Positions 1-12,372 of a stretch of DNA of 64,000 nt are shown here, in pieces. The stretch is from NCBI GenBank assembly GCA_030704615.1, contig CM060732.1, forward strand, positions 32,550,001 to 32,614,000, in the 5' to 3' direction. Position 1 is the stretch's first letter. Each line of letters begins with the position of its first letter. Source of the DNA: Takakia lepidozioides (Eukaryota; Plantae; Bryophyta). Made by a program: the position numbers and the translations under genes. Under the pieces are notes generated by a model. The model saw only the letters and a list, made by a program, of their open reading frames with translations, ran no database searches and had not been told where the DNA came from.

Positions 1-927
1 GTTTGTGTGGACAGGTGTTTCGCTTTTTGACAAGACTGTCCCCTTCAGCAGCTGCAACATTTCGAGAGATGAAGCGGCACTAGAGGCAGTTCTTACCAAT
101 TTTGGCTCATTCTCACTCTGAAATGGTGGAGTCATTGGCCAAGTTTAGGAGGAAATGTAACATTACTTTTGCTTGCCAAAATTGAATTTGACCCTTCATG
201 GGAGTGCACATTCTCAACAGCAACTGACCTGCTTCACTTTCTCATAGCTTAGCTTGTATGTGTTTTTTTCAGGCTCCGAAATTTCCTGGCATGGCAATCT
301 GGGAAATTCTCGCCCCATGCATTGTTCTCATAGGGATGTTGGTACAGGAGGTAGCTTCTGTATCAATCAATAGCCAGCAGATATTGGTTCTCAGCTTGAC
401 AATCTCAAGCCGATGTACCCGGGCTTCAGAAAGTTTCCTGCTGAGAGGTGATCAGGTCTAAATCAGCCTAAAGCATCACCCGGCAACATGCAGCAAGGAG
501 CATCTCTGACTTCGGTTTTCAACAGCTGAAAACTCCCAAGGTAGCCGCTGTTCTGTGGCAAAGAGTCAGACATGCTCTCTTTGAATGTGAGGTGACCATG
601 GAGCCAGTCAACCAAGAGGGCCCCAGGCATTGGACTTGTGCAGGACCCTGGGGCCTTGTGCCTTGTGCAGGCTCCACTGTAATGCCACCCCTGTTTTACG
701 GAATAGGATGGCTTTTCTTGGTTTCTGTTTTGAGACTGGGTCTAGAGGTCGAAATTGGCTGGCGTTACAAGGAGGGTACTGCATTACATTACATGGGTGT
801 TCAATGTAAATTGATCCGGTAGAAGGTGGGTTGAGACACATCAAGATGTGGGAAACAGTGGAAGAAGCTGTGAAAATAAATCCATTGCGGACCATCTATG
901 ATTATACCGCATGAGCCACAACAATTT

Positions 928-1500
928 GGTGGCCGCTTTTTGTGGGCGGAAAACAATGACTTCCTACACAAAGTCGTGAATTAAAGTGCTCCGCATTGGG
1001 TTTCATGCGCATGATTACTCCCGAGGTAGGATGTAGGATGTTGTCATGGATTTATGTACTACGGTAAATTACATTCTGCCCGGTGAGCTGCCGGTGAGGA
1101 ATATTTACCTTGATATATACAATTTGAGGGATTTGTCGGTATGGGTCAATCACATCTCTGCATGGAGGAGGTGGAAAGCAAAAGCCAAACCCAAAGCCAC
1201 TTCACCTTCCGGCTACTAGCCTTTATTGTTGTGGCCGCCTTTTGTGGGCGGAAAACAGTGACTTCCTACACAAAGTCGTGAATTAAATTGCTCCACATTG
1301 GGTTTCATGCGCAACGAGGTAGGATGTTTTCATGGATTTATGTACTACGAACGGTCCGGGTAAATTACATTCTGCCTGGTGAGCTGCCGGTGAGGAATAT
1401 TGTTTTGAGGGATTTGTCGGTATCAGTCAATCACATCTCTGCAGGCGGGGTCGAAAGCAAAAGCCAAAGCCACTTCACCTTTCGGCTACCAGCCTTTTGA
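928..1500. repeat. Tandem duplication, two diverged copies of ~300 bp
   Basis: GTGGCCGC(T/C)TTTTGTGGGCGGAAAACA.TGACTTCCTACACAAAGTCGTGAATTAAA starts at ~928 and ~1231. Both copies end in AAAGCCACTTCACCTT.CGGCTAC.AGCCTTT. Confidence 0.9.
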
Positions 1501-1922
1501 CCCCTACTGTGAGTTTCTGATTGGATGAACAGCACCAACAGTACCTACGTTTTGAAAATCTAGTCTATGCCGAGGTGCTTTCAACCCCAAGGAACATGGC
1601 AGGGCCCGCAAATATCCGCAAAGCTCCTTCAAGCCATGTTTTAGGTGGACATTCTCACAAATTTCCAGAAAAATGAAGTAACCGGTCCAATTAAGAGCCA
1701 GCGGAGAGGCTGGGGATCAAAATAAGCGGCCTCGGAACCTTTAGAAGAACTGTCCATTATTTAAAGTTATCTAGTAACTTTTACTAGATTTTTTACTAGA
1801 CTGGTTGCACTTAAGAATGCCTAGAGCGAAGAAACTGAAAACTCGAATTATGCTACTCGCTCTATAGAATCCATAAATTTAAAAATCGATTTTTTCTATT
1901 CGCTCTACAGATAGATGCTTAC

Positions 1923-2150
1923 CGGCACTCCCTTCACCACGGTTGAAACGCCATCGGGGAGTAGGCGCCAGCCTTGACAGACCAAAATCAGCAACCTTAG
2001 CATCGTATTTTTCATCCAGAAGTATGTTGTTAGCTTTGATGTCTCGGTGGTAAATGGGAGGGTCTGTCTCTGTGTGCAGATAGACAAGTCCTCGGGCTGT
2101 CCCTAAAGCAATGCGAAGACGCCTTTGAAAGTCCAGCAACTCGGTTGCTG
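1923..2150 (-). pseudogene. Isolated receptor-like kinase exon (subdomains VIa-VIII, LRR-VIII-1-like) with a frameshift
   Basis: [54 protein letters not shown], a frameshift, then [11 protein letters not shown] followed by a GTAAGC donor. No other kinase exons were found nearby. Confidence 0.85.
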
Positions 2151-2401
2151 CCAGATCATCCAAGTTGACAGGGTCATGTCGTCATGTGCCAGTCCTTGCC
2201 AAAAAGAAAAAATCATCACTACGCTTTTGCTCTCCCTTTCAAACCCATGAATGCCCCTTCTTGGTCTGTCTCTCTCCAAGAAACTAAGAGGATAATATTT
2301 ATTGATTAATAGTTAAATATTAATGACTGATAATTAATAGAAAATGGTTAGCATAAGAAAATTGAATATTCAAATTATTCATATCTTAATAATGTAATAA
2401 A

Positions 2402-2520
2402 CTTTTTTTTATTTTTTTTATTTTTTTCCAGAACAGGGGTTATAACCCTGGAAATATATTAATAGGGAAAAGGAGGTACAAGAGGAAAAAATAACCTCTG
2501 GGGGCGTGAAGGCGTGAGAC
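2402..2520 (-). mobile_element. Very short 5'-truncated LINE 3' end
   Basis: The reverse complement AATATATTTCCAGGGTTATAACCCCTGTTCTGG plus an A-rich tail matches the LINE tail at 33171-33222. Confidence 0.6.
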
Positions 2521-3319
2521 TAGTAATTAATAAGTAATAAAAGAATGCTTAGCATGAAGAAATTAAAATAATCAAATTATTCTTAGTTGCTAGAGCTGCT
2601 ATGATATAAGGAATGCTTAGAGCAGAAAAGAAAAGAAAATCAAAAATCGAACTGTTAATGCTCACTCTTAAAATTTCTTAGATGCTCTAAGGATCCTTAA
2701 AGCAAAGAAATTACAAATCAAGTTATTTGTATTGGGTCTAAGGATTTCTTTGACGAAGAAATACTTATTAGTTAGAGCGAAGACTTTAATAATTAAAACC
2801 TATCAACATGGTTTTTATGCCTAAAATGATATCGAGGTTAGTATCCCAATAGGAGAGTGCACTCAATGCCACCCATATAAGTATGGGGTCAAATCCTGCT
2901 ACCTTGACGGGTGCGGTATGTTCTTCTCCCCCTTCCCTTGGGCGGTGTCCCCTACAAAAGCCTTCACGGCGAGGTTACTCTGAAAGAGGTTATTTTTTCC
3001 TCTCACTATATTGAATTAAGGGACCTGATTTGTGAGCTAGGTAAAGAAAAAAGGGAAACAAGGTGTAGCCAAAACCTATTGATGTGGTCATTTGTCAACA
3101 AAGTTTGGCATCCTAAGGATCATCACTACAACATGACAATCTCTGCGGATCCATGGTGACTTGATCTACAATTTGGTGAGTGCCTATGGGAACGAGTACC
3201 CATCCGGGTGGGTGTACCGATGAAGTTTCCTATATTGATGCAAGTTGGTAGGTGGGCCAACCATTTTGTGATTACATTAGTATTTTCTTTTTTAAATAGA
3301 TGTCAAACAAAAGGGATAC

Positions 3320-4030
3320 CGTACTGACCTAGCATATTAGAAATAATTAATTCAAAATCAAGTGCCTAACTAAATTTAGAATATTTTTGAAGAATGTGCC
3401 TAAAACTTGGAAAATTTTCCTGAGAAGTGCCTAATTGCTCAAAAATTGTGAAAAACACCAAAATGTCCAAATATGTGGAGAAAAAAAGTCTAAATTGTAT
3501 TATTTAAAGTCCCAAAAAATGGAAAAATAACCTGCAATTTATAATTTCATGTCCACACAATTTCCAAAGGGCCCTGCATTGATGCAACTACATCTTCATA
3601 AAGTCTGATCACCTATCTCATGTGAATCTTCTGAATCTGAGTAATGTTAAGGTCAGGAACATCATCATCCTCGATATGCATGTTTGCAAGACATCGGCTC
3701 ATGCTCTCAATCACATATCAAAACATTATTCTTTTTTTAAGAGAAAATTATCTCAATAATAATTTTTGAGGGAGGTCAAAAATAATTGTTGAGGTAATAT
3801 CCATTTCCAAGACCATTATGTTTCTTTACAAGAAAATTACCTCAACAATAGTTTTTGAGGGAAGTCAAAAATAATTGGTCATTATTATCCACGGTCGACC
3901 ATAATACATGCCTAATGTTTGGAAATCACCTAGGTGCGGTGCCTAAACAATAAAAACGAATCTGCCTAATAATATTCCATTTTTTATTAATTATTAGGCA
4001 CAGAAGTGCCTAATAAGCTAGGTCAGTATG
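3320..4030. mobile_element. Non-autonomous TIR element (MITE, possibly hAT-like)
   Basis: 21-bp TIRs CGTACTGACCTAGCATATTAG and CTAATAAGCTAGGTCAGTATG (2 mismatches), with repeated subterminal GTGCCTAA motifs. No clear TSD. Confidence 0.6.
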
Positions 4031-5330
4031 ATATGCCAGAACTTAGTTATTGAAGGGTTAAAATTATTATTAAAAAAAAATTGTCAAACATTAGATCGAT
4101 AATATTTTGACCTGCATGTATCATTTCAACAACCTCAATTTCGTATACTCACTAAAATAAGCATAGCAAGGCTGTAGCCTAGTATGAGGCACTCTAGCAT
4201 TGTCATGGGGATCTGGGTTCAAATCCCCGTAATTAGTCTCTCTGCCTTCGGCCTAGGGCTTGTCATGGTTTTATTTGTGATTAGTTAGAAATAGTTATTT
4301 CTAACTAATTAGAACATTATACATTTATATTTATATTTTGTTGGCATTGGGATTTCATTTGGTTCCATGTGCCAAGTGAGGTGGCGAAACTCACTTGAGG
4401 TTATTTCCACGTGAGACGTAGGCAGACTCGTCTTCTTCTAGTTGAGCCTTCCGAGGCCTCTCTCGCTGCCATAGCTCTAGTATTTGAGATGGAGAGTGGG
4501 TAAAGTCTGTATGATGGAGTCATTTAGCAAAGGTGCCATTGGCTTTACTTATATAACGTGATAGAGTGATTTCTCCTCTTTTCACCATTTCCATATCACT
4601 AGAAGAAGACCTGTTTATATCTATGAGTGCAAGGTATTAGCATAGTTAGCACTTGTGTGTGGAAGAGAGCTTGATAGATAGCTCTTAAGTTACAAGGTGT
4701 TGCAAGGTTTGCAAGAAGAAAGCCTTGTGGTGTTTATGTACAAGAGGAGGTCTTCAAGGAGAGCCCCATTGAAAAGTTTGAGAGCTTGTGAAAAAGCTCT
4801 TGTTCTGCAAGTGTTGCAGAGTTTGAGGAGTTTAAGAAGAGCTCGGGTGTTAAGGAAGCAAGCGGTGCATGTGTGGAGCATGGTTTCAGCTTGTGGGAGT
4901 CTTCAACTTCAAGCTTAGGAGAGCTATGAGTGGAGGTAGACATCTGATTTCTCTTTGGGGCAGAATAGTGTATTTGTAGAGCATGTTTTGAGTTGGGGTT
5001 TCAATCCCAAGCTTGGGAAGAGCATGTCCATGGAAGTGGCAAGTGCAGGGCTGGATTAGGAGCTCTAGGAGGTGCACTATGGCCATAGAAGGAAGCACTA
5101 TAAGTGCATACGATGGCTAGAAGAAGGTATGTCATAGAAGCTCAATAGCTTGTTCTATGCTTGTTTCAATAAGTTCCATAGAAAAAGAGAGCTTGTTGTG
5201 TGGCAAATAGTTAGAGGCACTCTTGGTGGTCTATTGATGCTCAAGAAACCAAGAACGGCACCTTTGGTTGCTCCATAGAAGCCATAGCTCGTTGCAGCAA
5301 TCGCAGAGGCAAAGCGGCACAAACCCTAGC

Positions 5331-5412
5331 TTGGGAACGTATGGGAACGCGTGTGAACTCATTGGGAACTCCTTGGGAACTCATGGGAACGCATGGGAAC
5401 ACGTGGGAACAT
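5331..5412 (+). repeat. ~10-bp TGGGAAC-core tandem repeat
   Basis: About 8 copies of (T/A)TGGGAAC at 10-11 bp spacing. Confidence 0.85.
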
Positions 5413-5445
5413 TGCCCCAGAGTTGGGAGCACCACCATTGTCCCA

Positions 5446-5920
5446 TCGGATGAAGTACTGAGCCAGTGGATGAAAATTGGCGCTCCTGGATGAGAATCAG
5501 TTGTAGTGGATGCAACTAGGCCAGCGGATGAAATCGCGTCAGCGGATGAACTATCGCGCTATCGGATTAAACATCACGGCGACGGATGAAACTGCATCAG
5601 CGGATGAACTATCGCGCTATCGGATGAAAAATTGATGCAACGGATGAAACTGCGTCAGTGGATGAACTATCGCGCTATCGGATGAAAAATCACAGCGATG
5701 GATGAAACTGTGTCAGCGGATGAACTATCGTGCCATCGGATGAAAAATCATGGCGATGGATGAAACTGCGCCAGTGGATGAAATCGTGCCAGCGGATGAA
5801 ATATCGTGCCAGTGGATGAAATATCGTTGCGGATAAAATATCAGACCTGCGGATGAGAAATCTTGGTTTTGGATGAGATTTGGTCAGTGACGGATGAAAA
5901 ATTGACTGACTGTGGATACT
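5446..5920 (+). repeat. GGATGAA-core minisatellite (~20-bp monomers) with a 58-bp higher-order unit
   Basis: CAG(C/T)GGATGAA recurs at 5540, 5598, 5656, 5714 and 5772 (period 58 = 20+20+18). Confidence 0.9.
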
Positions 5921-5972
5921 TTTGGAACCTATTGGGGGCTTGTTTGAGGATTATTTGGGGTCTATTGAGGCC

Positions 5973-6735
5973 CGAGAAGTAGTGCGGTGATCTATCAAGG
6001 CTTGCTCACACAAAGCCTGAAACTCCCCCAAGAACTCTCTCCCCTGGTCCGTGAGTACCTCGGCTGGAGCACCAAAATGACTAAGCACTCGATCTAAGAA
6101 TGCATACGCAACCCCCTCATTTGCTTTGTCAGGCAATGCCACCAGTTCAATCCATTTGGAGAAGTGTTCCACCATCACTAGCACATACTTGTTGTGGCGA
6201 ATTGTCAATGGCAATGGGCCTACGAAGTCAAGACTCCAACGATAGCCCAAACCTATAATGGGTAAATGATGCAATTGTGGAGTAGGTGCGTTGAAAGAAG
6301 CCCGCACTCTATCACACACCATGCACCTTGCCACTAACTGTTGCACATCCGTATGCATGCCCCGCCACCAATACTGTCCTTGCAGCAAACTATGAGTGCG
6401 CCGAACCCCAAAATGTCTCAACTCCTCATGGCATGGCGTACCAATCGCGCTCGTTGTGTTGGATGAGGCACAATCCTCACTCGTCCATCCTCCCATACCC
6501 GGAGTAGGTGTGTCCCCTCCCACTTGAACCTCTTGGCTCGTTGTAGGACCCGATCCCTCTCCTTAGCAGTCACACTGGCTGTTGTCTCTCCGGTACGAAG
6601 GTATGTCAACACTGCTGTTAGTGAGGAGTTTGGTGGTACTAAGGATGTGCATGAAGATGGATCATCATGCACGCTATCTACATGACCAATCGCATGGGAT
6701 GGACCAGCTTGAGCTCCCATTGCTAGAATGCACAA
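5973..6735 (-). pseudogene. Gypsy integrase N-terminal half (HHCC zinc finger and first two catalytic Asp), cut by the inversion
   Basis: HEELRHFG...CMVC, WSLDFVGPLP, VLTDQGREF, ending at DHRTTSR. One frameshift near 6430. Confidence 0.92.
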
Positions 6736-6750
6736 AAAGACCGATGCATG

Positions 6751-7233
6751 TCATCCTGGCACCATCTCCTCATCCGTCTCACTATGCCACCGAGCTCCAA
6801 TATCATCATGCTCACTTGTGCATGGATTACGACTCAATCTATCTGCATCCCGATTAACAATACCGGCTCGATGCACCACCTGGAAGTCGTACTCTTGAAG
6901 CATAAGTGCCCACCGTGCAAGCTTCCCGGTAAGCTTGTCTGACTCCATCGACCACTTCAATGGTTGGTGATATGTGACAAGGGTGAAGAGATTGTCATAG
7001 AGGTAGCATCTGAAATGTGTCACTGCCCATACCCCAGCTAGACACTCCCCTTCATATGAACTATACTTCGCCTCGGCATCATTGTTCGAGCGGCTAGCAT
7101 ATGCCACTACGAACTCTCTTCCCTCATCATCTACCTGTGTGAGCACTGCTCCAATCCCCAGCATACTCCAATCCGTATGTAGCTGGAAATGCCGCTCCCG
7201 AATAGGCCGCCTCAGAATAGGTGCAGAAGTCAA
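6751..7233 (-). pseudogene. Gypsy RNase H domain
   Basis: FQLHTDWSMLGIGAVLTQ...VVAYASRS...YSSYEGECLA...HQPLKW...LARWALMLQEYDF. In frame with RT across a TGA at 7234-7236. Confidence 0.93.
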
Positions 7234-8200
7234 TCAAGCCTTGAGTTCCTCAAAGGCTTCCTCCTGCTCCTCCTCCCACTGCCACTCCTGACCTACCTTG
7301 GTTAACTTGGTAAAAGCCTTTGCAATGCTACTAAATCCCTTGACAAACCGTCGATAGTAGTTTGCTAATCCCATGAAAGCACGAACTCTGCTCACATCTA
7401 TGGGGCGTGGAATGCATGCAATGGCCTCCACCTTTGTCTGTTGAACACCCAATCCTCCAGGGTATATCATGTGGCCCAGATATTCAATCTGATTGTGGAA
7501 GAACTTGCACTTTCTGGGGTGCAGTTTCAACCCGTGCGCTCTCAAGCGCTCAAACACCACCTGAAGGTGTCTCTCATGCTCCTCAACCGTAGCACTAAAG
7601 ACGATGATGTCATCAATATAGCACCGGGCGAAGTCTAGCCCCGCGAGAATCCTATCCATGACCCTCTGAAACTCTGTAGGAGCATTCTTCAACCCAAACG
7701 GTAAGAACCGCCATTGGTACAAACAATCTTTCCCATGTTGGTCAATCCCCCAGAATGCCGTCTTTTGCTTGTCAGCCTCTTTGATTGGCAACTGGTGGTA
7801 ACTGGATCGCAAGTCCAATGTCCTAAACACCTTTGCATGCCCAATGGCATCAAAGATCTCTTCTGGAGTTGGCATGGCATATCTATCGGACTTAGTCTGA
7901 CGGTTCACAGGACGATAATCCCCACACATCATTCTTTCTGTCCAATTGCCATAGATATCCTTCTTAGCTGACATCACCGTTGCCGAGGCATACTCCCCGC
8001 CTGACAACTCCACCAATCCAGCTTTGAACAACTCCATATGACTGGATCAATGACCTCTTCATGTCATTATTTCGGTAGGGCCTTCGAAAGATTGGCGTGT
8101 CACTTGCCAAATCAATACGAATCTCCTAACCCTTCAAACTCCCCAAATCTTTCAATCCGAAGGCAAAGCAATTCCTATAAGCCCTTAGAAATCGCTGTAT
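7234..8200 (-). pseudogene. Gypsy reverse transcriptase domain
   Basis: CGDYRPVN, LDLRSSYHQ, PFGLKNAP, CYIDDIIVFS, YLGH. The N-terminal FAFGLKDLG...DTPIFRRPYR lies in the DNMT frame, joined by a frameshift near 8038. Confidence 0.95.
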
Positions 8201-8699
8201 CCTCCGTCTCTCTCCTCCGGTGACTGTAGGTCCAACATCTGGTTCCCAATTGTCCTCAGTGACTGCAACCTTGGGTACACCAGGCTTGGAGGTAGGAGAC
8301 GAATCCTTTGGTTGCTAGATAGCAACCTCTTGGGCCTTGTCCGCCCAATCTGACTGTGGCGTAGCCTCCACTTGCTCCGCCATAGCCACCTTGAGAACAT
8401 CCTCTGAGCAAGAAACATTCTCAACCTCTTCAAAAACCTTGGCCACCTTGGCCTCCAACTGATCCTCAGTCCATGGCTCTCCCCACTCCTCATACTGCTG
8501 CTTGAGAGATCCAATGACTCTCTCTTTGCGCATCTCATCACACATCTGCCATGGGTGTTTACAACCCACGATCCTGTACTCGCCCCCACTCACTGCCTCA
8601 ACCGTCTTGGTTGGCAGGGAGGATGCACTATCCAATGGGAGTGCAGAAGTAGCCATCAATGCTTGCAATCTCCGTTGTTTAGCCATGCACAAGCTAATT

Positions 8700-9532
8700 A
8701 TCTATGTCAAGCAATTTAGATCCATTGCTTGACCCAACACTTGGCGGCGTGATGCCTCTGACGGACCATTGTCTCGAAAAGCATGAGACGAGGGAAAGCT
8801 CATGAGCGTAGGCAAGGCCGCACGTGGCTACCCCACTCGATTGACCACTGCAAGAGGTGGACGGTCATCATGTCGCACCCTCTGTGGTTGTCTCCCTTGG
8901 TCCAAAATGCCCTCAACCGTGAGATTGGGTGGCCGATGAATGGAATCGTATGCTCTCTTGAGCAGCTCTGGTGGTGCAAGATTGGTCCACCACAATCGAG
9001 GTCGATGCGCGCGTGATTCCACCGCTGCTGCATCCAATAACACCGCCGATCCAATCCAAGACCGCACATGATGCACACTGGCCATTACCCTGGCCCGAGA
9101 ATCCCCCATAAGAGGAACATTCTCCAAGATATAGCCTAGAGGTTGCACTTGCCTCGTCTGCAAGTCCCGCAACACTCACAACATCTCCCAAAACAAATGC
9201 AATCGTGCATCATGCAAGCCATTCCCATGACCTGCGGGAGAGTGTCCTTGGTAAGGCCATCCAGCTATCACCAAGTTAATGGAACCATACCGGTCCAAAT
9301 CATCCGCCCCTAGCAAGGTAATGTCTACTGGCAAGGCCTTTTGATACCCTTGAATTGCTGAGAGATGCAACAACTCAGGATATCGGTGTGCGAGCAAGGC
9401 GATGTGGCGCATAGAAATATGCCGAGCTATCTTATCCTTCTCCACATATAAGTACTTGCGTACTTTAATCCATGCTTGCAACACTCCTACAAGCCTAGTG
9501 CTCATGCCTCCAAACAGCTCTAGCAAACAAAT
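8700..9532 (-). pseudogene. C5 cytosine-specific DNA methyltransferase domain (DNMT3/Dcm-like) embedded in the pol polyprotein
   Basis: Ordered motifs: I LLELFGGMS, II YVEKD, III DIT, IV LVIAGWPYQGHS (PCQ expected), V GLHDARLHLF, VI YILENV, VIII AHRPRLWWTN, X RRQVLGQAMD. One frame, with stops at 9176-9178, 8828-8830 and 8702-8704. Confidence 0.88.
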
Positions 9533-9929
9533 CCCTGAGTCAGATGGTTGCCAGGTAATGGGCACCGTGTCCAAAGGAGCTAACTCAGGAGGTCCAGGTG
9601 ATGTCACTGAACTCCCCTCACTCATCAATGGAAAGGCCTCCTGCCATGCTTGGTGCACACACTCGCCTGCTACTCGATGCAAATTCCCAACCGTACCCCA
9701 CAGTGGAATATGCACAGGCACATGAGGAAGCAAATCAGCCTTGTATGCCAATTGTTTGTCCTCATCAGGTGATGGCCTATCATCTGTATGGCTATTGCCC
9801 TCCAAGAGCTCACCACCCTAAGCCACCACCCCTGAAAATGCAGCCAATGTGGGCATCATGTTCCTATGATCCACCGCTACATTCCCAATAAACCACACTG
9901 GGAGTAGTGCACGTCGGCCATCTCCTGAC

Positions 9930-10330
9930 TGCCATTCCGGCCTATAGGATGTCGTTTCCTCCCAAAAGTCCAAAATAAAGCCCATGGGGTATAACACAGC
10001 CCCACCATTTACATCATAGGTCATCGAGTCCGTAACAATGGCTTTAGCTCTCATGACTGAGCCATCCGTAGGATGATCTGGCTGCAATCGAATGAAGAGC
10101 TCATGGCGTGTAATCCCTCGTGTCTTCTCTGAACCACCCAAAGATGTTTGAATTTGGAAAGGTCAAGGCTCCAAATCCGCCTCTGTAAGGCCCAAGCCTG
10201 CAATTGCTGCTCTTCCCAACATCAATGGATGTGCTCCCGAGTCCAACAAGACCCATAGTGGCCTATACCTCCTCCCGGCTGGGCCACCCAACTGAAACAC
10301 ACCATCCTGATTGTCCACCAGGACTACCCC
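9930..10330 (-). pseudogene. Retropepsin-type aspartic protease
   Basis: VLLDSGAHPLMLG active site and a YDV..GGAVL..MGFILDF C-terminal signature. In frame with the DNMT domain. Confidence 0.8.
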
Positions 10331-11194
10331 AGGAGTCACCATACTACGCTCAATGGCTGGTCTAGCTGATAACTCCTGCAACCTTGCAGTTGCCGCTTGC
10401 CATGGTGCAGCTGTGGCTGTCTTCACCCTTGAATCCAGGGCATTCATGCATTACACCTTATCCGCTATCCCCACAGATAGTGCCGATACATCACCACTCT
10501 CACAGAGTGCAGCTGCCAGTCTAAACACTGCAGCTAGCCGCATCCCCGGCATTGCAATTGTCGTGGCAGAAAACAATGGAGCTTGGCAAAACGTCGTAGC
10601 CACCCCCAACAATGTACTGGCTGCACCTTGCTTTGCAACACCACCCACTGGCATTTCCCGAGCCATACCAACTCTCCCCACTGGCACTCGTGGCTCTACC
10701 TCTGACACACTTGGGTGAGCGGGTACCATCGATGGCGTAGTTGGCACTGTCTCAGCCAATGTGAAAGACTATGGAAGCCTTGTCTGTCGACTTGCTTCCC
10801 CCCTTTGTGGATCAAAATCCACATCTGCTCCTCTTGGCTCATGAGCACGCATTGCTGCTCGAATGATAGCAGCTGTAGAGTCCACATGCAATGGTCCAGC
10901 AAGTGCGGCTCCACACATGAAGCCCATACCAATCTGGTCTTCCTTAGGCATAGGAGGTTGTGCAGGTGGGGCTTGAACCTCAGGCCTTGGAGTTGACGCC
11001 ACATTAGTGGCCATGGCAACAAGACGTTGCTCTAGCTGGGCAAGCCTATCCACCATGCCTTGGTCATGACCTTGACCTTGACCTTGTGCTCCTTGGTTTT
11101 GGTTACGACCTCCACCCGACCTCTACCTCCTCTACCTCTCTAGACTACATTGCCTCGTCCTCGGCCACCATTGTTCCCTTGGAACTGGCCTGGC

Positions 11195-12372
11195 CGTAGC
11201 TCAGGATGCAAGTCATAACAATGGGCCTCTTCATGCCCATACTTGCCACAATGCCCACACTATAGTTGTGTAGGTTGTGCATGTGCCGGCCCTTTGCCTC
11301 TCTCCGGGTAATCTCTCTTAACATAGGGTCCTCCACAATCCCAACATGTCACACCTGACTGTTGTTGGCCTGAGAATGAAGGAAGTGACCTCTACAATTG
11401 AGATCCTCTCTGTCCTTCCCTGGGCTTCGCCTGAGCCCCCTTGTTGCCTTGAGCACGTTGGGGTAGTGGTTGTTGTTGGCTAGGAGCCCCACTTCGTTGT
11501 GTCTCCTTACCAAACCCCACCATGACCACTCGCTCCTCCACCACATTGAGCTCTATCCGCTCTGCCAGCAAAAACACGTTTGCTAAGGTGGGTTGGTCCA
11601 CTTGTAGGAGAGTTGCATCCCGCACCCTTCTCCTCAGCTCCTTGTCCAATATCCCATACCAGAATTGGACTACTTGAGCTTCCGTAACCCATTGGATTAC
11701 ATTTATCAATCGCCTCATGCGCGCGTAAGCCTCCCTCAAACTCTTAGTAGGCTTGCGCTGGAACTCTTGCAAGCTCCACAATTTCTCCGTCCTTATCCCC
11801 TGGTAGTTTCTCCCCAACTCCTCGAAGAACTCCACAACTGGGTTAAAGGCAGGCACGGGAGCTGGTGCTGCAGCAAGAGCTTGAGTGGATTTCCCAGCTC
11901 CATCTTTACTTGTCCCACTACTAGTGCTTGCAGTTGGGGATGTTGGTGTAGCTACTGGTATCGCCGCTGCCATTGTGCCTCTAGTGATGGAGACATAGTC
12001 AGGTGACCAATATTGCCGCCACTCCTCAATCTCCACCTCATTTCCCCGCCTAAACTCATGGTAGTCATCCATAGGCGGCCCCTCAAGGTGCTGAAACAGC
12101 CCCTTCCACGCCATAAAAGGCGTAAACAGTTGTGGATTGCGCATCTGCTGCAAATCACACCAACTATCAAACTCCTGTATGAAATCATCAAGCTCGATGG
12201 TGCCCACAGCTCCCGAGTACCGACGTGGCCCCTTGGTAGCTCCATACATTTCCTCCATCGTATCCCACAACAATGGCACGGAAATGGCTTGCACCCTCGG
12301 CGAGAATCCTCCTAACTCTGAGTCTGAACCTTCCTCAGAAGACACTGAAGCTGAAGGTGGCCTAAACCGCAC
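11195..12372 (-). pseudogene. Gag with two CCHC zinc knuckles
   Basis: 326-aa ORF with LQEFQRKPTKSLREAYARMRRL...FWYGILDKELR (retrotransposon gag-like). Knuckles are CWDCGGPYVKRDY (degenerate) and CGHCGKYGHEEAHC. Confidence 0.85.

Noticed and set aside
4170-4230. tRNA gene (B-box GGTTCAAATCCC); similar motifs near 2885 and 46650
   Set aside because: No cloverleaf can be folded; at most these are decayed tRNA-derived SINE heads.
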